Of a DNA stretch of 38,047 nucleotides, positions 36,172 through 38,047 are shown piece after piece (the stretch's first letter is position 1; every line of letters begins with the position of its first letter). The position numbers and the translations under genes were made by a program. This DNA comes from Selaginella moellendorffii (Eukaryota; Plantae; Lycopodiophyta): assembly GCF_000143415.4 (NCBI RefSeq), contig NW_003314372.1, positions 528,567-566,613 on the forward strand, in the 5' to 3' direction. The notes under the pieces are model-generated. The model was given only the letters and a program-made list of their open reading frames with translations, was not told where the DNA came from and did no database searches.

Positions 36172-37799
36172 TGTAAGTGACTAATTTTTCATTCTAATTT
36201 AGTCACTTAACCACACCTTTGACCACTTGGAAGAGTCTCATTCACAACCTCCTTAAGTCCAATTCAGGACTTGGGACGTGCTAGCCCCGAGGATGGCATC
36301 CATGCCACTCATCCCTTGCACTTAGTACAAGTGCTCCACGTGTCCGGTCCCAAGACTGACACCCAAAGGTACCACTGACATATTGGCCCATTACGCTAAG
36401 GCCATGCCCATTCACCTTTGCCGCACTAGTGGTCCAATACCACTTACATCACAATCCCGTCTCTCCAAGACTGGACCATCCGTCCACGAGTGGTCAACCC
36501 AGATCCACTCTTTAGCATCTTTAGAATGCCTATAGACATGGGGAATAGCCTTCCCCAATATCCCTTTGTCAGTTCCTACCAAGTCCCTTTTCTGTCCATG
36601 GCTGTATTCGCCAACACTGCCACTGGGACAAAGCCCATAGGGCCGACCATTAAGTCCCACTGTCCCTTGGGACATCCTCACCATGTGACCATATCCTTAG
36701 TCACTAAACTAGAGGACTGCTCCTCTTCTTTTTCACAATCTGGGACTTAGGGACAGCATTTTGGAACATCGTGGCCTTACGCGAGCCTCATGGGTACTTT
36801 CCCCACCTTCCGCCTTTTGGTGCTCTAGCCATGGGCTTAGAGTTAGGTTCCGTTGAGCCACATCAGGTATCCAAGTAGGTAGTGCCACCCACACTTGGAC
36901 TGGGAGCATCGGCCAGTTGATCTCCTGGGGGAATTAGAGCCAGCTCTTGAACACTTCACCAAGCTACCCCGCTTGTCGGTCTGTATTCACTCTAGTCTTG
37001 GACTCCCCAGTGGTCAGTTCATCACCCAAAACTGGGTTTGGCCTTCCTGGGCCAAACTGGCCTTCCTGGCCAAATTGGCTCTATTGCAGTCCTCCCCCTC
37101 ACTATACTTTTGGAGCTCACCAAACCCCCCAGGGTCTGGGAGACGAACGCTTTGGGCTTTCACACTCTCAGACTGGAACTCGGACTCGGACTCGGACTCG
37201 GACTCGAACTCAGACTCGGACTCGGACTCGGTCTCGGTCTCAGTCCCGGTCTCGGTCTCGACCTCAAACTCCATCTCGGGTCCTTCTCAAACTCCATCTC
37301 GGACTCCATCTCGGGTCCTTCTCAAACTCCATCTCGGACTCCATCTCAGTCCATCTCGGACTCCATCTCAGTCCATCTCGGACTCCATCTCGGGTCTATC
37401 TCGGACTCCGTCTCGGTCCATCTCGGACTCCATCTCAGGTCCATCTCGGACTCCATCTCGGACTCCATTTCGGGTCCATCTCAAACTCCATGTCGGGTCC
37501 ATCTCGGATTCCATCTCAAACTCCATCTCGGATCCATCTCGGACTCCATTTGGACTCCATCTCGGGTCCACCTCAGACTCCATCTCGGACTCCATTTCAG
37601 GTCCATTTTTAGAGCCTCGCTTATTGCTTTCTTCGTGCTCATTCCTCGAGCACTTTATTGAGAGTTCCACTCCCGCTCTCGACCTATCAAGTCGGAGCTT
37701 TTAGTCCAAATGTGTTATGCTACTTGGCTTTCGCTTCGGCCACTACCACATGGCGCCCTTCCGGCTCCACTTTGGGGCCTAGGGATTTGGTGTCTCACA
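36172..37799 (-). mobile_element. Younger family-B solo LTR (1628 bp) with a perfect 5-bp TSD
   Basis: TGTAAG...CTCACA; CATCC at 36167-36171 and 37800-37804; flanks rejoin into the family-B LTR sequence. Confidence 0.9.
37170..37610. repeat. Degenerate CTCGGA / CTCGGACTCCAT tandem repeats inside the LTR (related tracts at ~17685-18070 and ~23595-23870)
   Basis: Hexamer/dodecamer periodicity is visible directly and explains the low-complexity ORFs in the ORF track. Confidence 0.9.
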
Positions 37800-38047
37800 C
37801 ATCCTTAGGATGCTTGAAAACATGGGAACAACCTTCTCTAACATCCCTTTTTCTGTCCCCATCAAATTCCTCTCTATCCCTAGCCATATTTGTCAACACT
37901 ACCACTGGGTTCAGGTTTGAAGGCCAAACCACTACATCCCATTGACCTCCAGGACTTCCTTGCCACATGATTGCATCCTCGGTCACTATATAAGATGACT
38001 ACTCCTCGTTCCTTACATAAGATGACTACTCGTCTTCACTACATAAG

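Larger units (their letters stand above)
35820..38047 (-). mobile_element. Old family-B 5' LTR, interrupted by a solo LTR, running off the window end
   Basis: Starts TGTAAGCAACTAAATTTTCC..TAGTCACTTAACCACAC; collinear with ~16826-17300 once 36172-37799 is removed. Confidence 0.75.

Noticed and set aside
37990-38047. Short tandem duplication of ATAAGATGACTACTC at the window end
   Set aside because: Local slippage within an old LTR, truncated by the window edge; no evidence of function.

Overview
Repeat-dense eukaryotic DNA with three assembly gaps. It is probably from a land plant with very short (47-62 nt) GT-AG introns; a lycophyte such as Selaginella is an inference only. No intact host gene is seen, only a degenerate CFIm25/NUDT21 fragment. 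Two independent insertions of one Mutator-like (MULE) DNA transposon family dominate the window (4241-13163 and 19816-33026), each with short imperfect TIRs and its own 9-bp TSD. The element carries two divergent intron-containing genes: (A) a GCM/WRKY-like + DDE + SWIM transposase on the minus strand, and (B) a cargo gene on the plus strand with a ParB/Srx-like motif and a C-terminal beta-class N4C/N6A DNA-methyltransferase-like domain. Six palindromic GGTTC-N6-GAACC sites lie between the two genes. Copy 2 is interrupted by a young Ty3/Gypsy chromovirus (22803-29842, minus) whose integrase frame is split by two short GT-AG introns that restore conserved motifs exactly when removed. The rest is a Helitron Rep remnant, a Copia RNase H remnant, and nested LTRs and solo LTRs. 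Domain calls come from motif recognition by eye; no database searches were run.
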